Positions 15,577 through 30,854 are shown, numbered from the stretch's first letter. The stretch is 64,000 bases of DNA from Chrysomallon squamiferum (GCA_012295275.1 CM022670.1:2728001-2792000); one strand, 5' to 3'. Numbers and translations are program-made. The notes: generated by a model not told the origin, from the letters alone.

Positions 15577-17843
15577 GTAAATGAAGATATTTTATAAATG
15601 GTTCATGCTGAAATGGTTTAAGGATTATGAAGTTAATGAAAGAAAATTTCTGTTTATTGATTGAAATGTTACTAAAGTGCAGTTGATACTAAGTGTGATT
15701 ATAATCAGTGATGTGTTTGTCTGTGTTCATAGCAGTAACATACTACAGATTATTTTTACATATTTTATATCAGTTTGTTTCATAACTGATTATTCCAATT
15801 AAATAAATTGTGAATAATATATATGACTTGTTTTTTTTTTTTTTTGTTTGTTTTTAAAAACATTTTTTAAGTTTATTTATTAATTTAAAAAAAAAAAATT
15901 CAGTTTTATTTATTATTAAAACATATTTATATTATGTTATTTATGTTTGATATTAAAAACTCCTTTAGAAATTATGATGAGAATTTGAAAACAAGCAATA
16001 ATCATAGTGATACCAAAGATTATGACGATGAAATTAATCATGACAAAATTTGAGATCAAACATTTTTTGTTAAAGTGATAACAATATATTGAAAATAAAT
16101 TAATAATTTTTAAAAAAAGTAAAAAAGAATACACAGAAAAAACCTCAAGTCCTACAATTTGAAATATTCTCATTCCTGTCATTCACTGGGCATAAAGAAA
16201 GGAACAGATGGCCAAAATCCAGTAAGAATTAAATCTGAAGATACTATCTTGCCCTTGTACTGTACCTACGACTGGCAATCTAATCTGTTCTCTTTCGTGG
16301 AATGTTTGCCTGGTATATTCTAAACAACAGACGCCAAGTTAAATAAAAGATGAACTCTAAAAGAGCAAAAGAAATCAATTATTAACGTTGTCAAGCAAGC
16401 TCTTCCTTACAGAAATATTTGTACAATTTACATAACAAAAGAATATCTATTTATCCTTCTGAATATTTCTGGGGAAGAAAATATTTAAATTGGGTATCAT
16501 GATCAAGGAAATACATTATGGATGAGCCAAGCAAATAACTACTGAAAGAGAATGATCTACATAAATATTAAAAACGATCCTGGGTTTTATTGTTCTTACC
16601 AGTAATAAAAAAAAATCTGTGAACTATGCCAATTCTTTTTTATCTTGACTGCATATATATATATTTTATTTGTTTGATTTTTTCCCATTCTATTTATGCT
16701 TAAGTTATACATCATATGTCATTACTGAAGTTTATGTTTCTTTAGTAAAAAATTAAAGATAAGAAGTATATTTTTGAAATATGAAAGAACTTTACTATAA
16801 ACATTTTAAAATGCAATTTACTTTGGGCCTTTGACTGTTATGTCTAATTTAACAAAGTTATGGGTGACTTTCAGTAAAGAAGAACATTTTTTCTTTTGTG
16901 TAATTGTATATAGTAAAATACTGAATCAGTATTCCATATGGAACTTGAAAAAAATAAATGTTAAATGTTAAGCTAGTGAATTATTGATGATGCTTTAACA
17001 AAGAACAGTTCTGTGTTGCTGCTCTGGTATTTCAATTTTATTAATAAATCTGTCAAAGCTCAGTTTGTGTTAAATTGCCCTGTATATTTAATAGTTAAAA
17101 CTTTGAATTAAAGACCCCTTTTTTCAACAAGACATTTAGCTGAGTGTTCTCTCTCTCATTCTGCCTATCGATCTTTTCTTTTCCTATCTCTATCTCTCTA
17201 ACTTCTGTGTCTACCTTTCTCTTCTTTTTTTTTTCTAATATTTCTCTGTTTTTCCCTCTCTCTTATCTCCTATTTTCTTCTCTCTCCTCTTTTTCTTTCT
17301 TTCTCTCTTGCTCTCTCTCTCTCTCTTGCTCTCTCTCCATTTCTTTCTTTCTTTCTCTTTCACTGTCTCTCTCTCCATATTACATATGCTGAACTGTGTA
17401 TGCGCAGTTTAATAGTCTGAAGGTTGGCAGTGTTAAAGTGCCTTGTACAAGACTGGAGGAATGTGTGAGTCCTGACAGCGTGTCAGCAGTGTTTCACTTC
17501 TCCTGTGACAGACTACACACACAGCAGATCATGTGGCATGCTCAGTTAAAGAGAATCGCCCGTGACTGATACCAACTACATACTTGTAGCCATGGTTATC
17601 CCACCTGTCACCTCACTTTAATATCAAATAATGGTGTAAGCTTGCTCTCAGGTTTCTCCTTATGTCTCCCACTCTTTCTGTATATCAGACAGATGCATTG
17701 GATCTTTCTGATTTCTTTTTCTCTGTAACAAACTGTTTTCTTTTTCTCTTTACCCTTTTTCTGTCCCTCATACTCCTAGTTTTCCTTATCCCTCTTTTTC
17801 TGTTTCTTATTTTCTTATTTTTCTGTGTCCCTTTGATTCTTAA

Positions 17844-17845
<2 letters not shown>

Positions 17846-17919
<74 letters not shown>
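17846..17919. repeat. (CT)n microsatellite
   Basis: direct inspection. Confidence 0.97.
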
Positions 17920-17922
<3 letters not shown>

Positions 17923-18194
17923 GACAATACATTAAAATGTACTGTTAAACTTCTTTGAAAGTATCCTGTTGTGTAAACTCCCTCCCAGACCCTGTACAGT
18001 TAGAAAGAAGTATCATACCTGACACTGTAGACATCTAGCACTGCTGGGTATTTTTACAACTGTCTGCCTACATTAATCTGTCAGCATCTCTGTCAGTTTA
18101 CTAGATATTGCTGAATCACTTAGTTTTCTTTCATCCTTTATTTATTTGTCTTCTTCTTCTTCTTATTGTTGTTGTGGTTATGGCTGTTATCTTT

Positions 18195-18226
18195 ATTATT
18201 GTTATTATTATTATTATTATTATTTG

Positions 18227-18265
<39 letters not shown>

Positions 18266-18413
18266 GGATTGCCATTGTCAGTGTCTTGTTTGGAAAAATA
18301 TAATAATAAAATAAAACGTTCAGCCAGAATATTGTTTTTTTATCTATTAAAAAAAAAGAAGATTTATTATAAATGTTATACTGATAAACATACACATTTG
18401 CACACATGCACAC

Positions 18414-18461
<48 letters not shown>

Positions 18462-18473
18462 TTTACACACCTT

Positions 18474-18525
<52 letters not shown>
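18195..18525. repeat. cluster of (TTA)n, (CA)n and (TAA)n microsatellites
   Basis: direct inspection. Confidence 0.93.
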
Positions 18526-18527
<2 letters not shown>

Positions 18528-19129
18528 TAAGAATAATGCCAGTAATATTAATAAACCCAACAAAGAAACAAAAAGAACAAAAACTCAACCAAATCTTTAC
18601 CTTCACAAAATTCCACCTGTTAATATGTGCCATGGCTGAAAAAAAAAAAAAAAAAAAAAACACAAAAAAGTCAACCTAACAGAATGCCAGCTGTCTTTTC
18701 CAGCTTTATGTTTGCATTGTGTTTGCAGTATGCAAAGCCATTGTTATGTTTAACATGCCAATTTGTTTCATCTATTCTGACCTTGATCGCTGTTTTCTCT
18801 TTATTTGGCAATATGTAAATGTTTTATTTGGCTGCGTGGAACTTTTTGTCACATAAAATGATTGATATTTCCCTCCATTGAGATTTGTTTGGAATATGGA
18901 TTGCTGAAATTCTTAGTAAAGATTATAAAACATTTTTATCATAAAGAGTTTTCACCTTGAAACAAGCAATGTAGGTTTTTATTATTTTTGAATGCCATTT
19001 ATGGATGTTTTTAGAAACAGAATCTGTAGTCTGCCAAATAGGATTTAGAAAATTATGGTTTGAAATTGTGGAATGAAATGTGAATACTGATCTTTTTAAA
19101 AATATTTATTTCTTATTATTTGTTGTTGA

Positions 19130-19131
<2 letters not shown>

Positions 19132-19210
<79 letters not shown>

Positions 19211-19218
19211 TTATTATT
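19132..19218. repeat. (TTA)n microsatellite
   Basis: direct inspection. Confidence 0.95.
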
Positions 19219-20216
19219 GCCTTTATTTTAATATATTAATTTTTGTTCTGGTGTTTTTTCATGATTTGTTTTTAAATTTAGTTGTTTTATATTTACTTAT
19301 TTATTTATTTTATCAGCATTTCAGAATTAAATTCATACTGAACCTTTTAGTCCAGATTAACATATCCATTATCACTCACTTTCCTATCACTGCAGTGCAT
19401 CTAGCACATGCACCTTTACTTAACTTGCTCTTAAACCCAGTGCCTTTTAAAACAGATGTAAATAAATGATAAAAATCACAGATTTAACATCTTATTCTGA
19501 GTGTCCTTTCAAAAAGGTGGACATTTTACAAAACCTGATCAAATTATAAAAGCTCTTTGCCAAGAAGTCAGAAACAGAAATGCATCTATGCAGCCCAACT
19601 AACAATGACTGTCTTTCATTCTCCTGAGCTGAATGTTGTGATAGTATTACGTTACTTTTTTTCTTCATTTTGAGTGTTTGCTCTTCTCTTCTGGTGAACA
19701 ATTGTTTTCCATTTGCAAGTCAGGACTGTGCTTTGACAACTTTTCATACAAACCTTATTTTGTTAACATCCTTAGACTTTACCTGAGATAATTTATCTTC
19801 GTTTTAATAAAGGAGAGAGAGAGAGAGAGAGAGAAAAAAAAACATGTTTTGAAAATCTTGAATTTTTCCAGCTGTCATCAGAAAAATGAACTAATCTTTT
19901 TTTAGTGGAAAGGTTTTGTTAAAAATGTTTGATTTTTCAGAAAGAAAGGATTGTTTATATATATATATATTTTTAAAATGTTTTACAGTTTAATTTCAAT
20001 TCAGATTATATTATTTTTATTTATTTTTTTATTTATAACTATTCTGGAATGAAATTATTCTAACATATTCTGTAATAATTTGTAAATCAATGTGGAATGT
20101 GTAAATTTATTATAAATAGTTTTCCCGAAAAAAAGTTTAACTATAATTAATTTTTATTATTACAATATAGAAATTTTAGTCATCAATCATAAACTGTTAG
20201 AATGTCACATATTGCA

Positions 20217-20247
<31 letters not shown>

Positions 20248-20887
20248 GTAATCATTGAAATATCAAAATAACAATAACAACAACAACAACAACAATAATA
20301 TAAACTTTAAAAATAAAAATGTTTAATAAAGACAAAACTAATAAACAAATAGAAATCTTCCAAAATAATAAAATAAATAAATAAATAATAATAATAATAA
20401 TAATAACCACAATTAAAAAAAAAAAAAATGAGTGTTTTAGAAAAAAAAAAATAATAGTAATAATTTAAAAACTAAAAAAACAATAAAAATAAATAAACAA
20501 TCCTTAAGGAAAGCAAGTTTGAAAAAAGAAATCATGGCAAATGTTTATGAGACTTTGTCTCCAGTATTTCGTCTTTCTGTTGAGGTTGGCAGGCGGCCAT
20601 GTTTGACAGTCTGCTGTTGTACTGCAGGGGACACGATTTGCGTGTTTGCACTCTTTTCAGTTTCATGTTGGTCATCCATGCATCAAACATCAGAGGTCTG
20701 GAAAATACTTCATGTGCACGAAGGTCAAATGTTTGTGGCCAAACAGGTGGGATCTGTGTTTGATAAAGTTATTGATTCTGTCGCTGTTCATGCAAGACAT
20801 TTTATGGATATCTCAATGCAGTCCACTTTCACTGTTTCCTGCTTCTATGTCCAAGTGACTGCCAAGCTGTTTTTGAAATATCTATTA

Positions 20888-20999
20888 GTGTGTGTGTGTG
20901 TGTGTGTCTGTGTGTGTGTGTCTGTGTGTGTTTGGGTGTGTGTCTGTGTGTGTGTGTGTGTGTGTGTGTCTGTGTGTGTCTGTGTGTGTGTGTGTGTGT
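20888..20999. repeat. (GT)n microsatellite
   Basis: direct inspection. Confidence 0.96.
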
Positions 21000-21989
21000 A
21001 CATGTGTCTCTATGTGTTTAGAAAACAGTTATTAAAGATTTATGTTTAATAAAGTAAAAGAATTAATAAAATTTAAAATGTATGCTAGAAAATGAAATTC
21101 AATTTAGACAGTCTGATAGAGAGAGACAGAAGGAAGAGAGAAACAAACAGACAGACAGACAGACATCAGGGAGAGAGACAGAGCTTGAAACAAACTGTAA
21201 CAGTGTAATATATTTAGCAGCATATCATAAATAAATCTGTTCTGTTTAGAAATGTCAGTAATAATTAATTTTTAAAATGTAAATATCATAAATTGAATGA
21301 AATTCATACCAATGACATAAAAAAAATAATAATAATTAGTATAATATTAATTTACCTAAGAAAGAAAAAAAATAATAGTAAAGAAAGAAAAAAGAGAAAG
21401 AAAAAAGAAAGAAAAAAAGAAAAGAATAGAAAATGTTTGCCTGCTTTCATTGTGATTATTATTATCATTATTATCCTCTTTATGTAACAGTTTATTGCAA
21501 TGTAAGCCTTCCATGATGACATGATGTTGCTACAGCTTAAGATGCCTTGTAACCAGCATTCTTCTTGCAAAGCTGAGGATTTCACTTGAAGTGTAGTAGC
21601 AAACTTTGCTTATGTAACATTATCTAACATAAAATGCTTGATTACATATCTCATTTTGAAGAGGCATTCATTTGATCAGCTGTGAAGTTAATTATGTCCC
21701 TTTGTTGTCTGAAACCTTTGTGTCCAAACCCCAAGGGCTAAGTGAATATAATACCATTTCCAGTTGTCTCCCTTGTGCAATGTCCTCTCCTTTGTAAAAG
21801 TGTTTGGTGATCAAAACTTGTCAGGTTTTATTCTTTAATTACTCATTATTTTGATTAGTTTCTAATTAAAAGACAACAAATTAATAAATTGTTAAAAACT
21901 TGATAATTGTCTTGTATGCTTAGTGAATAACAAATTTGCAATTCATAATCCTTTTTTTAAATTTCATGCTAATGAGTAAAACCAATTTT

Positions 21990-21991
<2 letters not shown>

Positions 21992-22054
<63 letters not shown>

Positions 22055-22062
22055 AGTGTGTG
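21992..22062. repeat. (GT)n microsatellite
   Basis: direct inspection. Confidence 0.96.
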
Positions 22063-24488
22063 AAGTGATCTGTGAGTGAGAGAGAGAGGATGGGTGTATC
22101 TTTGTATGGAAGACAGGATGGGTATGTATGTTTGTGGCAAATTAAGACGCCTCTTTTCTTTTTCTTTTTCTTTTTATTTTCTTCATGAATATAATTTTAT
22201 GCTGCAATGTATGTCAGACAAAAATTTTTTTTTTTTTTTTTTTTTACTTAAGTCACTTTTTTGGCATTTAAATATATAACAGTTTCAACAGGTCTTTTTT
22301 TTTTATCAAACCTATAAAATAACTCATATATTACACAGAAAGTCATAAAGTAACATTGTAGTGTTTGTTTTCTGTTGACTCATTTCAGTCAGGCACCCGA
22401 ATGTATACTCGTTCACGCAGTCCGGTGATAAGAACACTTTTCATTTTTATTTATCACCATCCACTTATGATAGCATATTTGTTCACATGGATCTGATACT
22501 TACAGGTGGTGCTATAACCCATTCACTGACATTAATCTCACATTGTTGAGTCATGAAGAGAAATTAAGCCTGGGGATTTTCCTTCCACTTGTTCAAGATG
22601 GCCACCGGTGATAGAATGCGAGCAATCTGTTAACACCGCATTTCTGATCATATGAATATGTCGTTAATTTAGTGAAAGTTGACACGCAAATCCCAGTCCC
22701 AGGTTCTCCTATCAAACACTCACTGTTTGCCTCTACCTCACAGATTTGGAAAACAAATATTTTGTTAGAGATGAGGTTTCCATTTTGTAGTGGCACTTTA
22801 GGTATTAAGTCAGAAAGCACAAAGTTGGTGAAGCTTCAGATTCTCCTTTATGTTACCCTTATGTATATACATACATACGTACACACACACACACACACAC
22901 ACACATTCATACATATGCATACTTAGATACACACACACATGAATATATACACACTCCCACACAAATGAATATATACACACCCCCACACACATCTGCTTTT
23001 AATTAATCTTTTTATGCTTGTACACTGTTTTAATTAATTTCCCATTATTTATAATTATTATTTTATATATATATATATTTATTTTACTATTATTATTTTT
23101 ATTATTATTATTATTTTTTTTATTATACATTGTTGCTGAATGACATAAAAGTTATTCAGTTATTTTACACCTATATTTTATATATATATATATATATATG
23201 TGATTGGCTGAGAAAGTACATAGACATATGTTTATTCCTCTTTTTTATTTGCCGTCCTTTTTTTTTTTTTTTAAAAAAAAAAATTATCTACAGGGAATTT
23301 TACACAAGTGTGAATGTAGTGTATCAAGTACAAGTAAACTGTAACAGATTCACACTTGTCAATATTTGATTTCTGCTTCGTTCTTTCAGTCCCTTAGGTT
23401 CCAATTAAAAACACAAACACAAAATAACATTTCGTTGACTCTCAGAATATCAAGTTTGTTTGCAAAAAAGAAGATGAAAAAAACACATTCTTTTTATGTT
23501 TTGTTACTTTATGGATATATCTGATGTTTCAGTTTGGGGTGGAAAATATTCAACAGTTAGTTGAGATTTACACACAGGCATTTTTTTTTGTTGGTTTATT
23601 CAGTTTATCCTGGTGTGTTGATTTTTATTTTTTATTTTCTTTCTATTGTTTGTGCTTTGATAGTATGTTTCATGTTGCAGTTTAATGTGCAAAATTCAAT
23701 ACAGTTCAGTCTTATATTCATATTTTGTTAATTCTCATATATAATTATATATACTTCTTCTTTTTTAATTTCCTCCTTTTGTTTGTTCATTCATATCATG
23801 TTTGATGCTGCACTTCAGAAATGTGTAAAGTTCAACAGAGTTTGGTTTTGTGTTCCTTAGGTAATATTTGGTTAACATTAATTATATAAGTAAATACACT
23901 TCTTGTTGTTTTTTTCAAATCTTCTTTTATTTTTTCATTTAAATCATGTTTGATATATCAGTTTTTAGTTTAATAATGTGCTAAATATAGCTTTATCAAT
24001 GGCAAATCCAGAGTTTAAAAGAGGGGGTGCTGTGACAGTAGTATATGAGTCTTTGTAAACTGAATCTTTTTTTGTAATAAAGAAAAATATATTACTGATT
24101 AGCAAATGTTGTGGAATATAAAATTATATATTTCTTTTTGTAATTTATTTTTATATCCACTGGATGGACATTGTGGTTAATGTTAGATTTAATACAAAAC
24201 AGTTTTGTGGTGTTCCATAAACATAATGACGATTTTGTTTTTTTATCTGGCTCTTCTTCTTTTTATACAAACAAGTACTGTTTATAAAAAATTAATTATT
24301 TTTATTCATTATGTGCAAGGCTTGGAGACTTTTCTTTGATGTTTCTTCCTTTTCTGTTATTTACAAAAGTAATAAAAATTCAGTTTTTTGTTTTTTCATA
24401 TAGTGCTTATATTTATGGATTATTCTGAATTTTACCTGCACACATACTGATATACTCTTGATATTAATATATGTTTACATCATGTCTC

Positions 24489-24746
<258 letters not shown>

Positions 24747-26985
24747 TTTATGTGGAAAGAAATTTATTTTTGAAGGCTGATGAGGTCAAAAAAAAAAAAA
24801 AAAAAAAAAATAAAATCACAATTTCAGTCTGTGACCTCGTATTAACAGCAGGGATACAAAAAACTGTAACAGCTAATTAAAATCCTAATTCGAAAGCTGT
24901 AATTCTTCAGGCAATATGTCAACTATGGAGGTTGCATGATCAGTGCAGAATCATGCAGGCCTCGTGGACATGAAGTGAGTTGTCTAATTGACTGGCTGTG
25001 ATTAAATTAGTCCGATTTGCCCATCATTCAGTCCGTTAGTTTGTGTCAGTGGTAACAGCCCTGATTACATTATCTTCCACACCCAGCTAATTTCATTCAT
25101 TCACGTGCTCCCTCAAACAGAACACTGATAAATGGTCATTAATGGAGAGTCTTAAGTCCCAGACAACTTGCAGGCCAGCCTGGTGTCAGGTCTTCTCACT
25201 GACTGCCCCTGTTTGACACTGAGAGCTTGCCGAATGTGTCAGTTTTCTAGAACACTTGCTTTCTGAGGTTGTGATTTCTGATTTAGTGTGATCTCCCAGT
25301 GTTTAATTTTCAGATTTTCCTGCCCAATTTCTGGTTCCAGTTTTTCTGATTTACATGGTTAGCTTGTTAAAGTTCATTTTTTTTCGTTCACAAAGTCCCC
25401 AAACTGGAGTTTTCTAATTTTCATTTTACACATTCAGTAGTTGATAATTACTGCTTCTTGTGTTGAATTATCTGATTTCCATATTTAATTCTAAGACGAC
25501 AATGTATTAGCATTTAGAAAAGTTAGCTTGTGAGGTTGTTTAACCTTTTGTATTAATTCAATTTTTACATTTTATCTTTTTTTGTTATTATTTTTTTTAA
25601 TTTTCTGAATATTAAGAAGTAGATTACTTGTTTCAGTTTTCTTTTTCTATTATGTTCTGCTTTGCAAACACTTGGAAATTAGACAGTCTTCTTAATTCTC
25701 AAAAGATTCTTTTTTTTTCGTCAGATTTTCTGATTTTCAGGTTTTTCAGAATTTCTGGCTTAACTTTTAAATTATAATGTGTAAATTTGTGTGTGAATTT
25801 ATGATTTCTGTTTATGAACTTTTTATTTTAAACTTTCTGCCCAAAATACATTAGATTTTAATTAATATATAAATTAAAAATATATTTGTTTATAGTTTAT
25901 GATGATACCTGTCTCTGCATTAGCATCAGTTATCAAACAAACTGGTTTGCATGCTAAACTCTCAGGACAGAGTATACAAGTTTTGGAAAACTAGTCTTCT
26001 AACTTGAGTCTGTGAAATCTGCTGATTATAAACTCAGAGAGGATTCTGAGTGTACAAGTGTCTAAATGAGATGTCTTGAGAAGTTATAAATTGCATAAAA
26101 CCTTCCTCTGACCTTTTCCTATTACATTTTCAATCAGATTGTCATAGATACCTCTCAGAACTTCCTCTGTTAATAGTTTCTAGACTGATTCCTTTGAGAG
26201 GTTAATATTTCTGGCTCTTTGTATGACATTCCTGTTACAGTTACAGATTTTTACCTCCAGAAGAAAGATTAATATTTCTGATTTCTGCATGAAGTACTGC
26301 CACTATGTTTTCTTATTTTAAACTCTTGGAGTATTTTCATATGTATGTTTCTAGAAGGGTTTGTTTTTACTTCTGGCTAAATATAATGCCTGCTTGTACA
26401 ATATTTTGAGAATTTTGCACTTTGTTTCTACAAGGGTTGGTTTGAGATAGTATTACTTCTGGCACTACAAGATATACTGGTACTACTGTTTAAAGCATTT
26501 TTCTTTTTTTTCTTAGAGTGTTGTGAATCTGTTTGTTACTAAACAAGATGGTTTCCACATTTTACAATCTCTCATTATGAGCATTTATAAATGTAGCCTT
26601 CAGGCTATTTTACAAGACCTTTCAAAAATAATTAGCAGCTACTTGCTAATGAATTTAAATACCGGAAATTATATTATGTTGGTTTAGGAGCAGAGATTTA
26701 ATAAAAAAATAAAAAAGTTGAATATTACATCCTAACTGTCACTTAACACAGGAAACATAAATTACTGTTTGCTTTCCTGCCTGGGTTTGAACTGAAAATC
26801 AAAAAGGTTTTTCTGGGGAAGTTAGCAGTTGAAACCAATTAAATAGAAATAAAATTAAAAGAAAACTTGTGTTGCAAAGTATGAAATAATTCTGACTTGG
26901 TTAAAGACATCTTTCAATTATCTTTATCTTCTTCTTTTTAAATCAGTTACTTGCTAGTATTTTGTTCCATTAAGCATTTTTTCCC

Positions 26986-27113
26986 ATTATGACTCAGTGA
27001 TATGATGTTGAAATGATTTTAGTGTTGTAAAATAAATATTTCATCATAATAATTCATTATTTTGATTAATCAGATACTGACTGAAAAATTAAAAGAATAA
27101 AATAACAGAAAAA
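26986..27113 (+). repeat. copy 1 of a diverged ~130-bp local duplication
   Basis: aligns by eye with 28591-28730. Confidence 0.85.
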
Positions 27114-27345
27114 CAAAAACAGAAATCCTGAAAAAACAATAATAAAAATATATAATAAAAAATAAAAAATAAAAAAACAACCTAAAACAGTTGAAAATAA
27201 TAAATAGATAAATAAATAGATAAATAAAATCCTTTATTCATATTCTTAAACAAATGGTCCTTTCAAACAACTAATATCTTGTAAATATCAAAAAATGACA
27301 CATTTTATTAATGATTTTACTTCTAAAAAGTTTACCAGAGCAATT

Positions 27346-27427
27346 TAATAATAATAATGATAATAATGATAATAATAATAATGATGATGATAATGATGAT
27401 GATGATGATGATGATGATAATAATAAT
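27346..27427. repeat. (AAT/GAT)n microsatellite
   Basis: direct inspection. Confidence 0.93.
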
Positions 27428-27804
27428 GTAATAATAGGAAGTAGGTCACATGGATTGTCTGACCTTGATCTTAAAACCAGGGGAGAAAACTGTGACAATC
27501 TGCTTGAAGACTTTTCCTCATACTTGAGTGGGGCAGATCAGACAAAAAGATGAGTAGAAACTAATTGCTGAAGCAGGTGAACTGTTATTATCTGGATCTG
27601 TGTCAGTGAAATGATGTCCAGAGTAGCTCGAGTGACAGCAGAATCCTGGAAACAAAGAATTAATCAGTCTGTCCTTTAGACATCACTGTGGGAAAGATGT
27701 TCCTAGCTCAAATATGGATGTCATTTTTGTGTCATATTAGCAAAACAAAGAGATTTTAGTCTTCTTTTTTTCTGGATTTTGTATATTGAAAAAAAAAAAA
27801 ATAA

Positions 27805-27927
27805 TTTTTTTTATTTTTTTATTTTATTTTATTTTATTTTATTTTATTTTATTTTATTTTATTTTATTTTATTTTATTTTATTTTATTTTATTTTATTTT
27901 ATTTTATTTTTTATTTTATTTTATTTT

Positions 27928-27958
<31 letters not shown>

Positions 27959-28012
27959 TATTTTTTTTTTTTTATTTAATTTTTTTTATTTTTATTTTTT
28001 ATTTATTTATTA
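27805..28012. repeat. (TTTTA)n microsatellite
   Basis: direct inspection. Confidence 0.95.
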
Positions 28013-28475
28013 TATCATCCTCATCATGATTGTTATTATTTATAGAACTACATATAACATATATTTGCCTCTAGGTGAAACTTTTCAAAACAGAATAAAA
28101 CTATTGTCATATTAACTGTATTTAGTACAAAGCACACAGCTGGCAGTTACGATTGAACAGAAACATTATCGAGATACAGCAACTTAGTATATTTGAAATT
28201 TTATCAACGCCCGCAAAAGTCTTTGATGTATAGAAACAAGGTTAATTCCTCACAATAACCTGATCCTTTGTTATTAAGTGTGGAGTAATTTAGATGTGTT
28301 TGTTAATTAGCAAGTGAGAAAACAAATAATCAAAACTGTGTTTTGTTTCATTGAAAGAATAGAGTGTTTGAAGTAGAGCTTAGAAGTTGATTAAACTGGA
28401 TTGTGATGCAGTAAAACAAAAGCATGTTTTACAGATCATTGATTCTCAAACAGGGCAACAAAATAATAAAATATA

Positions 28476-28511
<36 letters not shown>

Positions 28512-28590
28512 TTGATTTTATAAACAAAAATAAAATTAGAAGAAATAGCTACTTATTTTTATTATTTAGTTTTTATTTAAATATTCTTTA

Positions 28591-28730
28591 ATTATGACTC
28601 AGTAATCTGATGATAAAATGATTTTAATGTTTTAAAAATAAATATTTTATGATAACTAATCGTTATTTTGATTAATCAGTGTAAATAATACTGAGTGATT
28701 AATTAAAATCATAAAATAACAGAAAAAAAA
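28591..28730 (+). repeat. copy 2 of the diverged ~130-bp local duplication
   Basis: aligns by eye with 26986-27113. Confidence 0.85.
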
Positions 28731-29423
28731 CCCCTCAAATTTATATTTGATTTACCTATTTCATAAATACATAAAAAATAATAATAGTTAATAAAATTAT
28801 TTAGAGGTTGTTTATTGCTTTTGATGGATCATAAAAAAATAGTCTGTATAATATATAGCAGACAATTTCTTTAACATGTACTCAAAATTTTTTCCATTTA
28901 AAATCATTTAAAATGAATTGTATTTTTATTACCTTATTAACATAATGTAGTGCACAGACATGCACACAGTTATACACACAGAAATACAGATATACAGAGG
29001 GAAGGTACGTAGTCTGTTAAAATTATGTCATAGTGAATACTCACCTGTATGAAACACCTGGTTTCTTACCTTGTTATGATTGATTACTCTGTCAATATAT
29101 ACTGACTGCTTTTAAAAGATGTCACTGCCCTCCATAATGGATTCTTTATAAATCTACTTCTCCATTTGGAAATTCTTGTTGTGATAAGTTTTTTTCTGAG
29201 TTACTTTCATGCTGTCGCACTACTGTTTTCAGAGGTGAAATACAGGGTGGGCAGCCCACTTACTGAGGTGTACATTGTGTCACACACGAGGCAAATGGGT
29301 TGTCAGAATGTAGTGGGCTGTTTGAGGGGAGAATGAATAATGATAATACAGGGAATCCGAGTTTGTCATATTGCTGTCATTCTATTACTGTGAGCAGGAA
29401 TGAAGAACAGTGAATGAATGAGA

Positions 29424-29425
<2 letters not shown>

Positions 29426-29517
<92 letters not shown>

Positions 29518-29537
29518 AACAGAAAGAGAGAGAGAGA
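29426..29537. repeat. (GA)n microsatellite
   Basis: direct inspection. Confidence 0.96.
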
Positions 29538-30854
29538 AAAAGTGCATGGGGTGAGACAGATTGAGCCCAAAACAAATATTATTTAAAAAACAAAATTAAA
29601 CAATAAAACTAATTAAATGAAAACTGAAAAATGAAAGTGTGTCTGCATGTATCTGTGCATGCTGAGTATTAAAGGATTGTAACTTGGTTTACTGAAGATA
29701 TGAGTGGTTTGACTGAGTCTTGTAAGCCCTTTCACACTAATGCTTAGAGCAGAAATGAATGTTTGCGCTGGATTACTTTAATCTTGTTATAAACCAAGGA
29801 GTTAACAGTAATCCTCGTGGTTGACAGAGATTGGCAGAACTTGTTAAGATTAGCACATTGTCTGCACATAGCTGTTTGAGTTCAAGGTTGTTGTAATTAG
29901 AGTTTTTTGTTCTTATTTCTGCTGTCACCATGTTAGAGTTTTTCTCATAAAAGCTCAGAGTGTAGATTTCATGATTATCCTTTGAAACAACAGTATAGAT
30001 TTTCAAGCAGTTATATTTATCTTTTAAATCAGAAAACCAGATGTTTTGTAATAGCATACATAATAAAAGATATGGGATAGCTTTAGTCATGTTCCAGTAC
30101 AAAATACAAATTGACATGTTCAGTTAACTCTTAAAAATAATTTACTGTTGTTAAAATATAACTGAAATCAAGTTTTTAAAAAGGAAGTCACTTAATTAAC
30201 AATGTTATTACTTTCAGATTCAATGATATCTATTCTGTATGTAAACTTAAATTGTAATAGTGTTTAATCATGTCATAGCTGACATATGTTTACAGTAATT
30301 TCAAATGATACCACAACCAGAACCACAATAACAATGTCACCATCATCATAACTAATCACTATTAACAACAATCCTAGTAATACTGCCATCAAAATCAAAA
30401 CCACCATCACCAGTATAACTCAATGAAACCACCAGTGACACTAACAGTCACCACAGTCAGTATAATATACTGTCATGTTCACCTGAACTATAATCACTAT
30501 CACTACAGTATCACCACCATCAACAACAACCACAACCACATCACCTTGTGTGACACCTTGACCAGTGGTGGTATCAAGTGTCACTTACCTGTATGTAAAG
30601 ACATCAGTAACGGACTACACTGGCTTCTTTGTGGCTTTCATGACAGCAATTACTGATAATCAATTTCCTTTTACCGAGCACTTTATGATACCTTCTGTTT
30701 ACCCGATCAATACAGAAATTGTTTTTAATGTAAGCAAGAATGTGTAAGGATCCTTTGTGCCACACTAGTAGAGTCTTTGAAATAGTATCACTCACTTGTC
30801 AGACCTTGGTGGTATTATGCATGGGCAAACAGACTGCATGTATAAAATGAGTGA

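Noticed and set aside
23995-24035. tggcaaatccagagtttaaaagaggggg resembling a MITE terminus
   Set aside because: No matching inverted end or target-site duplication found.
30300-30545. Thr/His/Asn-rich mucin-like reading
   Set aside because: Degenerate ACC/AAC/ATC trinucleotide tract with stops and no splice support.
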